Source: Candidatus Saccharimonadota bacterium (GTDB taxonomy: Bacteria; Patescibacteriota; Saccharimonadia; Saccharimonadales; Saccharimonadaceae). Taken from it: a stretch of 32,000 nt of DNA. A program made the position numbers and the translations under genes. The notes under the pieces are model-generated. The model was not told the DNA's origin, did no database searches, and worked only from the letters and a program-made list of their open reading frames with translations. Below are positions 9,482 to 16,388 of this stretch, one piece after another (position 1 is the first letter of the stretch; every line of letters starts with the position of its first letter). The stretch is from contig CP011211.1 of NCBI GenBank assembly GCA_001029695.1, forward strand, positions 150,001-182,000, written 5' to 3'.

Positions 9482-9747
9482 TACTTCTTATCCTTTCCAC
9501 CGTGCTTGCGGAACTTACGAGTTGGGCTAAACTCACCGAGTTTGTGACCAACCATATTTTCCGAGACAAGTACAGGTACGTGTACGCGACCGTTGTGAAC
9601 AGCGATCGTGCGGCCTACCATCTCTGGGGTGATCGTGCTAGCACGAGCCCAAGTTTTGATGATAGTACGATCATCAGGCGTCAAAGCCGCCACTTTTTTA
9701 GCGAGCTTGGCGTCGATGAATGGGCCTTTTTTGAGTGATCGACTCAT
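9481..9747 (-). CDS. rpsS: 30S ribosomal protein S19 (uS19)
   Basis: Starts [12 protein letters not shown] and contains …[26 protein letters not shown]. Confidence 0.97.
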   Translation of the reverse strand: MSRSLKKGPFIDAKLAKKVAALTPDDRTIIKTWARASTITPEMVGRTIAVHNGRVHVPVLVSENMVGHKLGEFSPTRKFRKHGGKDKK

Positions 9748-9750
9748 ATA

Positions 9751-10590
9751 CTACCTCTTCCTCTTCGCATCATGGCGACTTTTAACAATCAACTTGCTGA
9801 CGTCTTTACGTCGGCGAGTTCGGTATCCAAGAGTCAACTGACCCCATGGAGTACGTGGTGGCTTACCACTACCGTGTCGTCCACCGTCACCACCACCGTG
9901 AGGGTGATCTGTCGCGTTCATCACGACACCACGAACACTTGGGCGAATACCCTTGCGTCGATTACGACCGGCAGAACCGATTTTAACGTTTTGGTGCTGT
10001 ACGTTACCGACAACGCCAAGTGCAGCAGTCGCTTCCAATCGGAATCGACGAACTTCACCTGATGGAAGACGAACCATCGCATAGTCACCTTCTTTAGCCA
10101 TCAACTGGGCTTTTGTACCAGCTGAACGTACCATCTGTGCGCCCTTACCAACTTGGATTTCGATCGCGTAGATCTGTGAACCAACTGGAATCTTTGCAAG
10201 TGGCATACGGTTTGAAGACTCGATTGGAGCTTCAGGACCGCTGACGATTGACTTACCCTTGAACATGCTGGTATCAGCAAGTACGTAGTGGTAAAGACCG
10301 TGCTGATCTTTGATACGAGCAATACGTGCAGAACGGTTTGGATCGTATTCAATCTCTTCGATCGTTGCAACAGTACCTGGCGCAAGTTTGTGATTCATCA
10401 GACGATGATGTCGTTTGACACCACCACCACGGTGACGCACAGTGATGCGACCAGTATTGTTACGACCAGCGTTTTGCTTCTTACTCTTGATCAGACTTTT
10501 TAGTGGCTTACGAGTTGTAATCTCACTATAGTCTTCACTTGTCATGCCTCGTCGAGCTGGAGTGGTTGGGTTGTAAGCTTTAATTGGCAT
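9751..10590 (-). CDS. rplB: 50S ribosomal protein L2 (uL2)
   Basis: 279 aa, contains …GRNNTGRITVRHRGGG… and …MNATDHPHGGGDGG…. Confidence 0.97.
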   Translation of the reverse strand: MPIKAYNPTTPARRGMTSEDYSEITTRKPLKSLIKSKKQNAGRNNTGRITVRHRGGGVKRHHRLMNHKLAPGTVATIEEIEYDPNRSARIARIKDQHGLYHYVLADTSMFKGKSIVSGPEAPIESSNRMPLAKIPVGSQIYAIEIQVGKGAQMVRSAGTKAQLMAKEGDYAMVRLPSGEVRRFRLEATAALGVVGNVQHQNVKIGSAGRNRRKGIRPSVRGVVMNATDHPHGGGDGGRHGSGKPPRTPWGQLTLGYRTRRRKDVSKLIVKSRHDAKRKR

Positions 10591-10907
10591 TACTTCTTCT
10601 CCTCTTCAGTTGCAGGCTGATCAAATACTTGGATACTGCTTCCGGCAGCAAGAGTGACATACGCCTTCTTGTTGTCTTTGCGGTTCGTTGTACCTGGGTA
10701 GCGGTTCTTTCCTCGTGAGAATCGAACAGCTTTACCAGATTGAACGAGTGTTTTGATTCGCTCTACTTTTACTTCAAACTGAGCTTCCACAGCTGCAGCA
10801 ATTTCTTGCTTATTTGCAGTTAGTGGAACATTAAATACGTAAACATTGTTTTGTGACTGAGCATAGGCTTTCTCAGATACACGTGGGATAACGCTGATAA
10901 GTGTCAT
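10590..10907 (-). CDS. rplW: 50S ribosomal protein L23 (uL23)
   Basis: 105 aa, …YVFNVPLTANKQEIAAAVEAQFEVKV…. It lies between rplD and rplB. Confidence 0.94.
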   Translation of the reverse strand: MTLISVIPRVSEKAYAQSQNNVYVFNVPLTANKQEIAAAVEAQFEVKVERIKTLVQSGKAVRFSRGKNRYPGTTNRKDNKKAYVTLAAGSSIQVFDQPATEEEKK

Positions 10908-10908
10908 A

Positions 10909-11529
10909 TTACGCCTCCTCCTTTACTAACCAGCTTTTGATAACTGGAACGGATTTAGTCGATAGTACGATCGCATCAGCATTAAGGATGTGATACACAC
11001 TGAGGTATGTTGCGCGAACTAGTAGAACATTCTGGATGTTATTAGTTGCACGAATCAACTCAGGTGTTTTCTCGTCAACAACGATAAGTGTACGACGTGC
11101 GTACTTGTTGTCAGCGAGGAATTTCACTACTTCAGCTGTTTTACCAGTTGTTTTGACGTCTTGTACAAACACCTTCTTTGCTTCATTAGCAAGAGTAAGT
11201 GCCTGCTTCACTGCAACGCGTTTGCTTGTTGTAGAGAGTCGCTTTGAGTAATTTTCATTACCGCGTGGACCAAATACAACACCACCACCGCGCCAGATAG
11301 GGTTTCGTGTCGAACCAAAACGTGCTCGACCAGTACCCTTCTGCTTCCATGGTTTCTTACCACCACCGCGTACTTCACCACGCTGCAAAGTTGTAGCACT
11401 TGCTTGGCGTGAGTTTGCGAGGTAGCTATCGTAAGCAAGCTTCAATAGTTCGTGGTTTTGAACCTCGACATTGAAAACCTCTGTAGGTAGGACAGTTTTA
11501 GCTGTCGTAGTTTTAGTAGTCTCAGCCAT
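10909..11529 (-). CDS. rplD: 50S ribosomal protein L4 (uL4)
   Basis: 206 aa, …GGGKKPWKQKGTGRARFGSTRNPIWRGGGVVFGP…. Confidence 0.96.
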   Translation of the reverse strand: MAETTKTTTAKTVLPTEVFNVEVQNHELLKLAYDSYLANSRQASATTLQRGEVRGGGKKPWKQKGTGRARFGSTRNPIWRGGGVVFGPRGNENYSKRLSTTSKRVAVKQALTLANEAKKVFVQDVKTTGKTAEVVKFLADNKYARRTLIVVDEKTPELIRATNNIQNVLLVRATYLSVYHILNADAIVLSTKSVPVIKSWLVKEEA

Positions 11530-12143
11530 TATGCCTTTCCTCCAATTACGATAAGACCCTTACGTGGCCCAGGAACTGCTCCCTTAAGACCAATAAGGTT
11601 GTTCGTTGCATCGACATATGCCACTTCAAGGTTCTTTACAGTTACGCGATCAGCGCCCATACGGCCGGCCATTCGCTTACCCTTAAAGACCTTTTGTGGA
11701 TACATTGATCCAATTGAACCTGGCTTACGGACATTTCCGTTTCCACCATGTGTGCTTTTGCTTGTCGCAAAATTATGTCGTTTTACCGTACCGGCAAAAC
11801 CTTTACCCTTGCTTGTACCAGTCGCATTTACCATGTCGCCTAGCGCAAACTGAGTTACGTCGATCGTGTCACCTACCTTGAGACCTTCTGGTAGTTCTGC
11901 AACACGAAATTCCCGAATGTGTTTCGGGGTCACTTTAGCTGGACTGGTGTGTCCAGCAACGGCCTTGCTCAGGTTCTTACCCTCACCATATGCCACTTGA
12001 ACTGCGGTATAGCCGTCGATATCGACAGACTTGACCTGAGTCACAGTCACTGGGCCAGCTTGAATAAGCGTGACAGGAACTGCCTTGCCATCTTCGCTGA
12101 TGATTTGGGTCATACCAATTTTGGTACCGAGAAGTGCTTTCAT
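11529..12143 (-). CDS. rplC: 50S ribosomal protein L3 (uL3)
   Basis: 204 aa from the ATG at 12143: MKALLGTKIGMTQI…. GGAGCAAAGAGGG lies upstream as the SD. The track's GTG at 12161 would sit inside that SD. Confidence 0.95.
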   Translation of the reverse strand: MKALLGTKIGMTQIISEDGKAVPVTLIQAGPVTVTQVKSVDIDGYTAVQVAYGEGKNLSKAVAGHTSPAKVTPKHIREFRVAELPEGLKVGDTIDVTQFALGDMVNATGTSKGKGFAGTVKRHNFATSKSTHGGNGNVRKPGSIGSMYPQKVFKGKRMAGRMGADRVTVKNLEVAYVDATNNLIGLKGAVPGPRKGLIVIGGKA

Positions 12144-12167
12144 TGCCCTCTTTGCTCCCACTTAAAA

Positions 12168-12220
12168 CTCTTGGTGAGAGGTGGTTTCTCATCTGTTGAG
12201 ACCTACCAATTCACCAAGAG
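12168..12220 (-). promoter_or_regulatory. Terminator-like hairpin in the rplC 5' leader (candidate attenuator)
   Basis: Perfect 10 bp arms CTCTTGGTGA (12168-12177) and TCACCAAGAG (12211-12220) with a 33 nt loop. On the mRNA strand it is followed by UUUUAAG, about 25 nt before the rplC ATG. Confidence 0.45.
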
Positions 12221-12252
12221 CAGATTGTTATTACGTAATAAGTTACCATCGA

Positions 12253-12281
12253 ATTGTAGCACAGATACAGGGGTAAGTCAA
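12253..12281 (-). promoter_or_regulatory. Near-consensus promoter for the rplC…secY operon
   Basis: The minus strand reads TTGACT (12281-12276), a 17 nt spacer, then TACAAT (12258-12253). Confidence 0.6.
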
Positions 12282-12317
12282 CTAGTTAGGACACATTTTA
12301 CGATAATACGGCGGGTA

Positions 12318-12346
12318 TTGTATTACCTTTATAAATGTTTTATAGT
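12318..12346 (+). promoter_or_regulatory. Promoter of small ORF P1, divergent from the rplC promoter
   Basis: TTGTAT (12318-12323), a 17 nt spacer, then TATAGT (12341-12346). Confidence 0.55.
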
Positions 12347-12420
12347 CATACACTGTTTATTCCGTTTAGAAATAAATTGAGTAGACACGTACTTTGCCAC
12401 CGACAAACTAAGGAATCTCC

Positions 12421-12720
12421 ATGACAAACGATAACGATGACTTCGACAATCAAGAGATAGCAATCCTTGACATGCTTATGCGAGACTTTCATGATCAAGA
12501 CATTATCTCGTCGGTCGAAGACCTCATTAGCGTGCTTAACGATCATGCTATGCCAAAGCAGAGTCAATCGACAGGATCCAATAGAGTAAGTGAAACTACA
12601 CTTGGGGTAGTTTCAATCCTTGCAAGTGCCAGGCCTGATCTCTTCGGAGTTGAGATGCTCCGCCGTTATGTAGTTTTCTATGACAGCTGCAGGGACACCT
12701 CAGAAGACAGCCCTCGCTAG
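12421..12720 (+). CDS. Small orphan protein P1, 99 aa, very acidic N-terminal half
   Basis: ATG preceded by AAGGAATCTCC (SD). It has its own promoter and terminator. 12 of the first 42 residues are D/E. The C-terminus contains YVVFYDS. Confidence 0.6.
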   Translation: MTNDNDDFDNQEIAILDMLMRDFHDQDIISSVEDLISVLNDHAMPKQSQSTGSNRVSETTLGVVSILASARPDLFGVEMLRRYVVFYDSCRDTSEDSPR

Positions 12721-12787
12721 AGTCAAGAGAGAGGTAAGCAAGTACGCATCGTCGGAGGCCTGCACATACAGTGACCTCCGGCACGAC

Positions 12788-12813
12788 GCCCCACTTTCGA
12801 GTGGGGCTATTTT
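12788..12813 (+). terminator. Intrinsic terminator of P1
   Basis: GCCCCAC (12788-12794) pairs with GTGGGGC (12801-12807), followed by TATTTTA. Confidence 0.6.
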
Positions 12814-12821
12814 ATATCAGG

Positions 12822-12850
12822 TTGAATTGCGCGACGCATGAGAATATAGT
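12822..12850 (+). promoter_or_regulatory. Promoter of small ORF P2
   Basis: TTGAAT (12822-12827), a 17 nt spacer, then TATAGT (12845-12850). Confidence 0.55.
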
Positions 12851-12902
12851 ATCGTACCTGTATGCTGTTGGATTCCCACGGCAAGTACACCAAGGAGTAG
12901 CC

Positions 12903-13244
12903 ATGACTGAACAGCGCGTGCGTGATCTCGTCACTCCAGAAACGATGTTAGTTATACACGCCAACATAGATGACGATTCAAGATCACGGCTTGAAATCAA
13001 TGTATTTCACCACCCTACCTATGCCCCTCAATTCGATAGGCGCAACCTGCTGTTTGCCCCTGTAGTAAGAGACGAGTTCGATACCCCTCAGAATCCGCAC
13101 ATCGTCCAGATCATGGGTGGGATGCCGGAAACATTCGACTCCGACACAGTCATACAGTTCTACGACGATGGAGCAGTACGCTTCGCCACTGTCTGTGGCT
13201 TCGAACAGAAACCAAGCCCACATCCAACTCTTACCACGCCGTAA
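12903..13244 (+). CDS. Small orphan protein P2, 113 aa
   Basis: ATG at 12903 preceded by CAAGGAGTAGCC (SD). The track's longer form starting at 12771 would begin inside the P1 terminator and run through the P2 promoter, so it is rejected. Contains VIQFYDDG near the C-terminus. Confidence 0.6.
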   Translation: MTEQRVRDLVTPETMLVIHANIDDDSRSRLEINVFHHPTYAPQFDRRNLLFAPVVRDEFDTPQNPHIVQIMGGMPETFDSDTVIQFYDDGAVRFATVCGFEQKPSPHPTLTTP

Positions 13245-13280
13245 GAGTCATCAAAAGTCTCGCCCCATGCGAGAAACACC

Positions 13281-13325
13281 TTCCGCCACTCTCGTCGAGA
13301 AACTCCGAGAAAGGCGGAGTTTTTT
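13281..13325 (+). repeat. 3' module copy 1 of 4 (hairpin terminator plus upstream arm repeat)
   Basis: TTCCGCC-ACTC-TCGTCGAG-AA-ACTCCG-AGAAA-GGCGGAGT-TTTTT. Compare the copies at 14084, 14649 and 19069. Confidence 0.7.
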
Positions 13326-13354
13326 AATTCCTAAAGCACCATTTAAGTGCAGTT

Positions 13355-13534
13355 ATGATCTCTGCTACTATCAGTCTCGGTAGGTCATCTCAAGTAACTG
13401 TATCCTCTGGGACTACATCTCGAACGATCACTATACCTGATCTGTTCATGCAAATCGATTCCATGTACGAAGACTCTGTCATTGATGAACTAGCTAACAT
13501 CCAGAGATCTGCTCGAGAGGGAAATCTCTCGTAA
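13355..13534 (+). CDS. Possible 59 aa ORF P3, or a gene remnant
   Basis: My translation is MISATISLGRSSQVTVSSGTTSRTITIPDLFMQIDSMYEDSVIDELANIQRSAREGNLS, below the track's length cutoff. A clean terminator follows. I found no promoter and no convincing SD. Confidence 0.25.
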   Translation: MISATISLGRSSQVTVSSGTTSRTITIPDLFMQIDSMYEDSVIDELANIQRSAREGNLS

Positions 13535-13552
13535 ACAGCCTCGCAAAGTCAC

Positions 13553-13579
13553 GAAAAGTGCCTCTTGCGAGGCACTTTT
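13553..13579 (+). terminator. Intrinsic terminator
   Basis: Perfect 9 bp stem AAGTGCCTC/GAGGCACTT with loop TTGC. The terminal TT of the 3' arm begins the run TTTTT (13575-13579). Confidence 0.65.
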
Positions 13580-13598
13580 TATATCCCAAACATAAAAA

Positions 13599-13627
13599 TT
13601 GATTCATACATAATAATATGATATAAT
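13599..13627 (+). promoter_or_regulatory. Promoter of P4
   Basis: TTGATT (13599-13604), a 17 nt spacer, then TATAAT (13622-13627). Confidence 0.6.
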
Positions 13628-13638
13628 TATGTATATGC

Positions 13639-13656
13639 TCATCACTATTTTGATGA
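13639..13656 (+). promoter_or_regulatory. Palindrome TCATCA-N6-TGATGA in the P4 leader (operator or 5' stem-loop)
   Basis: TCATCActatttTGATGA, starting 11 nt after the -10 element. Identical half-sites occur at the same offset upstream of P5. Confidence 0.5.
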
Positions 13657-13701
13657 TACTTCATTCGACATAGCGCCGAATTGTACCTTACAGGAGAAAC
13701 T

Positions 13702-14055
13702 ATGCGTCAGCTACCCAGTTACTTTCATGAAGTACCTTTCATCGATGTAGGCGAACTTGTGTATAGGCAACGAGTAATCATCGTTGATAGCACCGGCAAT
13801 ATTCATCTTTTTGCCAAAGATACCCCTCCCTACTCACTCAAATGCCAAAACCCAGAGCACGCTGGGTGCAGGAAACGAGGCATCCGCGCACGCTTCATAC
13901 ACCGAGGTAAGCCATTGAGCATTCAAGTTAAAGGAGCTTGTCACACCGATCCTCCGATACGTCTTTATGTGCAGAAGCTTGGTACTCTCGAGCTAACGCC
14001 TAAAAAGATTATCAACCTCGTGAACCGGCAAACAGCCAAAAAGATTCTTCAATAA
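13702..14055 (+). CDS. Small orphan protein P4, 117 aa, paralog of P5
   Basis: ATG at 13702 preceded by CAGGAGAAACT (SD). The N-terminal block VIIVDSTGNIHLFAKD and the later LTPKKI / LVNRQ blocks align with P5. Confidence 0.65.
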   Translation: MRQLPSYFHEVPFIDVGELVYRQRVIIVDSTGNIHLFAKDTPPYSLKCQNPEHAGCRKRGIRARFIHRGKPLSIQVKGACHTDPPIRLYVQKLGTLELTPKKIINLVNRQTAKKILQ

Positions 14056-14083
14056 GACTGCAGCGCCGCTATAATAATCCATC

Positions 14084-14129
14084 ACTCCGTCCCTTCGTCG
14101 AGCCAAAACTCCGAAGAGGCGGAGTTTTT
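14084..14129 (+). repeat. 3' module copy 2 of 4
   Basis: ACTCCG-TCCCT-TCGTCGAG-CCAAA-ACTCCG-AAGA-GGCGGAGT-TTTT. Confidence 0.7.
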
Positions 14130-14135
14130 ATATTA

Positions 14136-14164
14136 TTGTAATATTAGATATTATATGTTATAAA
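14136..14164 (+). promoter_or_regulatory. Promoter of P5
   Basis: TTGTAA (14136-14141), a 17 nt spacer, then TATAAA (14159-14164). Confidence 0.55.
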
Positions 14165-14174
14165 AGTATTGCAT

Positions 14175-14192
14175 TCATCAGTAATTTGATGA
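14175..14192 (+). promoter_or_regulatory. Palindrome TCATCA-N6-TGATGA in the P5 leader
   Basis: TCATCAgtaattTGATGA, starting 10 nt after the -10 element. Confidence 0.5.
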
Positions 14193-14237
14193 CATGCCCT
14201 AATTTGAATCAGCTTCAAATCGCACCCAAGGAGAATC

Positions 14238-14636
14238 ATGAGTATGTTCACTGAACATTACAAGAGCGTCCCCTCCCTCAATCTCAACAGTGTGCTGTCT
14301 CCAATGCACTTCGTCATCGTCGACATCGCCGAAAATGTACACCTTTTCAGCAAGGGCATGCAGCGCAATGTCATCTACTTGATCGGTACATCATTGAGAA
14401 TCGATAGCCCCTCACAGGGCACCATGCGCATCAGCCAAGGATCACTCATCCACCCGATGCACACTTGGCATATCAGTGAGCGAGGCAATGTAAATCCGCA
14501 ACAACTGACACCAAGGGAAATTTACTTCGAGAGTAGACGCCCTGTCGGTGAAGATTCACGTTCTAGCTTTGAACTCGTTAACGAACAGTTCGGTAATAAG
14601 CTGATTGATCTGGGTATGTTGCAAAACGTCCGGTAG
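14238..14636 (+). CDS. Small orphan protein P5, 132 aa, paralog of P4
   Basis: ATG preceded by AAGGAGAATC (SD). FVIVDIAENVHLFSKG, LTPREI and LVNEQ align with P4. Confidence 0.65.
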   Translation: MSMFTEHYKSVPSLNLNSVLSPMHFVIVDIAENVHLFSKGMQRNVIYLIGTSLRIDSPSQGTMRISQGSLIHPMHTWHISERGNVNPQQLTPREIYFESRRPVGEDSRSSFELVNEQFGNKLIDLGMLQNVR

Positions 14637-14648
14637 TTCCTGCTACCT

Positions 14649-14695
14649 ACTCCGCCCTCTCGTAGAGCCTAAAGACTCCGAGGAGGCGGAGTTTT
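14649..14695 (+). repeat. 3' module copy 3 of 4
   Basis: ACTCCGCC-CTC-TCGTAGAG-CCTAAAG-ACTCCG-AGGA-GGCGGAGT-TTT. Confidence 0.7.
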
Positions 14696-14724
14696 AATTT
14701 GTCCGAGGAGAGTATACTAGAAGT

Positions 14725-15501
14725 ATGAAGATCTCCCGCCCGCATCGTCTCAATCCTTTGATTATGATAACTGTCATCATAGCCGTTATCCTAGCTGCCG
14801 GCGTTGTGTGGTGGCTCCTCAAATTCCAGACGGCTGCGCCTAAAAAAGCTCCCGACCCGCAGGTATCATCCGAGCCTCAGACTGTCGTATCACCGCAACC
14901 TAGCTTTGATAAAAAGCTATACTCAACAATTGACCCTACTAGTCTTTGGGTTATCGTCAACAAGCAGCATCCACTCACCCCAATAGACTTTACTCCGGCT
15001 GATATCATCACCGGACTTGATGGCTATGCATACAGTCAACGCATCGACACGTATCTTCGTGCACTGTTCAAAAAAGCCGAGACAGATGGTATAGCAATCA
15101 GTCTCACCAGCGCATTTCGTCCTTTTAGCGGGCAACAGACTCTCTATCGTAACTATGCCGCCCAGTACGGACAGGCGACCGCAGATACCATCAGCGCTCG
15201 TGCGGGTTATAGCGAGCACCAGACAGGGCTCACGGTAGACATTAGCGGATCTAGTCAGCCAACGTGCAACTTCAACCCATGTTTTGTCGACACAGCCGAA
15301 GGAAAATGGCTCGCCCTAAACGCACGCGAATTTGGATTTATCGTTCGCTACACTGCTGGCAATGAAGATATTACGGGCTATAACCCAGAAGCATGGCATC
15401 TACGCTATGTCGGCACAGAGCTTGCATCAATACTCGCGAAAGAAAAGATAGACACCCTCGAAGAATTCTTCAACGTCAAAGGTGGAAAAGTTTACAAATA
15501 A
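14725..15501 (+). CDS. VanY / M15B-family D,D- or L,D-carboxypeptidase, membrane anchored
   Basis: N-terminal TM segment. Motifs SAFRPFSGQQTLY, SEHQTGLTVD and EAWHLRYVG match the Zn-peptidase VanY/LdcB pattern. Confidence 0.85.
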   Translation: MKISRPHRLNPLIMITVIIAVILAAGVVWWLLKFQTAAPKKAPDPQVSSEPQTVVSPQPSFDKKLYSTIDPTSLWVIVNKQHPLTPIDFTPADIITGLDGYAYSQRIDTYLRALFKKAETDGIAISLTSAFRPFSGQQTLYRNYAAQYGQATADTISARAGYSEHQTGLTVDISGSSQPTCNFNPCFVDTAEGKWLALNAREFGFIVRYTAGNEDITGYNPEAWHLRYVGTELASILAKEKIDTLEEFFNVKGGKVYK

Positions 15502-15502
15502 G

Positions 15503-15844
15503 CTATAGGACAATGCCGGCTGGCACAAAGTAGCATATGATCGTCACAATAATAAGTGCAGCATACCAAATCTTACGATTGAGTTGATTCTTTTCTAGCG
15601 TCTTTATACCGACCAGACCAATGATCGTACCGAGAGGTATTCCACCAAGTGGCAGACCAAGCCATAGCACAGGAGTACTCAGCTTGAGCCATAGCGTCCC
15701 CAGTATGACGACACAGACGAGCTTTAAGAAGTATTGCCCGTCACTCTCAAGTACTAATGAATTGCCTCGTCGACTTACTAATGCTCGGTTCCGTGCGTAC
15801 GTACGAGGGCGTTTTTTCTTTAATTGTTTTTGTGTTTGCGCCAT
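15503..15844 (-). CDS. Small membrane protein, 113 aa, basic N-terminus and about 3 TM segments
   Basis: ATG at 15844 preceded by AGGGAGTTT (SD). Hydrophobic segments LVCVVILGTLWL, LGLPLGGIPLGTIIGLVGI and WYAALIIVTIICYFVPAGIVL. Confidence 0.55.
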   Translation of the reverse strand: MAQTQKQLKKKRPRTYARNRALVSRRGNSLVLESDGQYFLKLVCVVILGTLWLKLSTPVLWLGLPLGGIPLGTIIGLVGIKTLEKNQLNRKIWYAALIIVTIICYFVPAGIVL

Positions 15845-15955
15845 AAACTCCCTCAACTATAGCAAACCGATAATCATAAGTACAATGGCTTGCGCCTCTT
15901 GGTTATATTTGCGATAATGCATGCAGTTACTCTATTTTTAATAAAAGGATGTTTT

Positions 15956-16309
15956 ATGGCTACGACCAAGGCAAAATCGACGAAAACCGCTAAACCGACC
16001 ACAAAAACGGCAAAGAAAGCTCCCGTAAAAAAGAAGACCGCGACACGTGCTGCATCGACAAAGAAAGCACAGCCACAGTACCGATCACTCCATGTATCAT
16101 CGCCCGACAGGCCATTTCTTAGCTTTAACGTCACACGACAGACATTCTACTGGCTTATCATCCTTGCACTCGTACTAGGATTAGGCGGCTGGGTTATTAG
16201 TCTCCAGATCAAAATCAACGACCTCTACAATAAGATCGAAGAAAATCAACAATCTATTAGTACATACCAGACTATGGAACTAGCAGCAAAGAAAAAAGCC
16301 GCACGTTAA
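15956..16309 (+). CDS. Bitopic protein, 117 aa: Lys/Thr/Ala-rich N-terminus, one TM segment, then a predicted coiled coil
   Basis: ATG at 15956 preceded by AAAAGGATGTTTT (SD). MATTKAKSTKTAKPTTKTAKKAPVKKK…, TM segment FYWLIILALVLGLGGWVISL, then IKINDLYNKIEENQQSI. The topology resembles FtsB/DivIC; this rests on topology only. Confidence 0.55.
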   Translation: MATTKAKSTKTAKPTTKTAKKAPVKKKTATRAASTKKAQPQYRSLHVSSPDRPFLSFNVTRQTFYWLIILALVLGLGGWVISLQIKINDLYNKIEENQQSISTYQTMELAAKKKAAR

Positions 16310-16340
16310 AGAGCCAGCAGCCATAATCCGTGTAAAGTAA

Positions 16341-16372
16341 AAAATAAAACGCTCATTGAGCGTTTTATTTTT
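16341..16372. terminator. Bidirectional terminator between the bitopic-protein gene (+) and rpsJ (-)
   Basis: ATAAAACGCTC (16344-16354) pairs with GAGCGTTTTAT (16358-16368). A-runs and T-runs lie on both sides. Confidence 0.7.
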
Positions 16373-16388
16373 ATCTGTGACTATCTAA

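Noticed and set aside
11919-12380. 153 aa plus-strand ORF spanning the rplC 5' end and the intergenic region
   Set aside because: It is antisense to rplC and runs through the rplC promoter/leader and the P1 promoter. It has no SD.
12771-12902. N-terminal extension of P2 (the 157 aa version in the track)
   Set aside because: It would start inside the P1 terminator hairpin and read through the P2 promoter. The ATG at 12903 has a proper SD.
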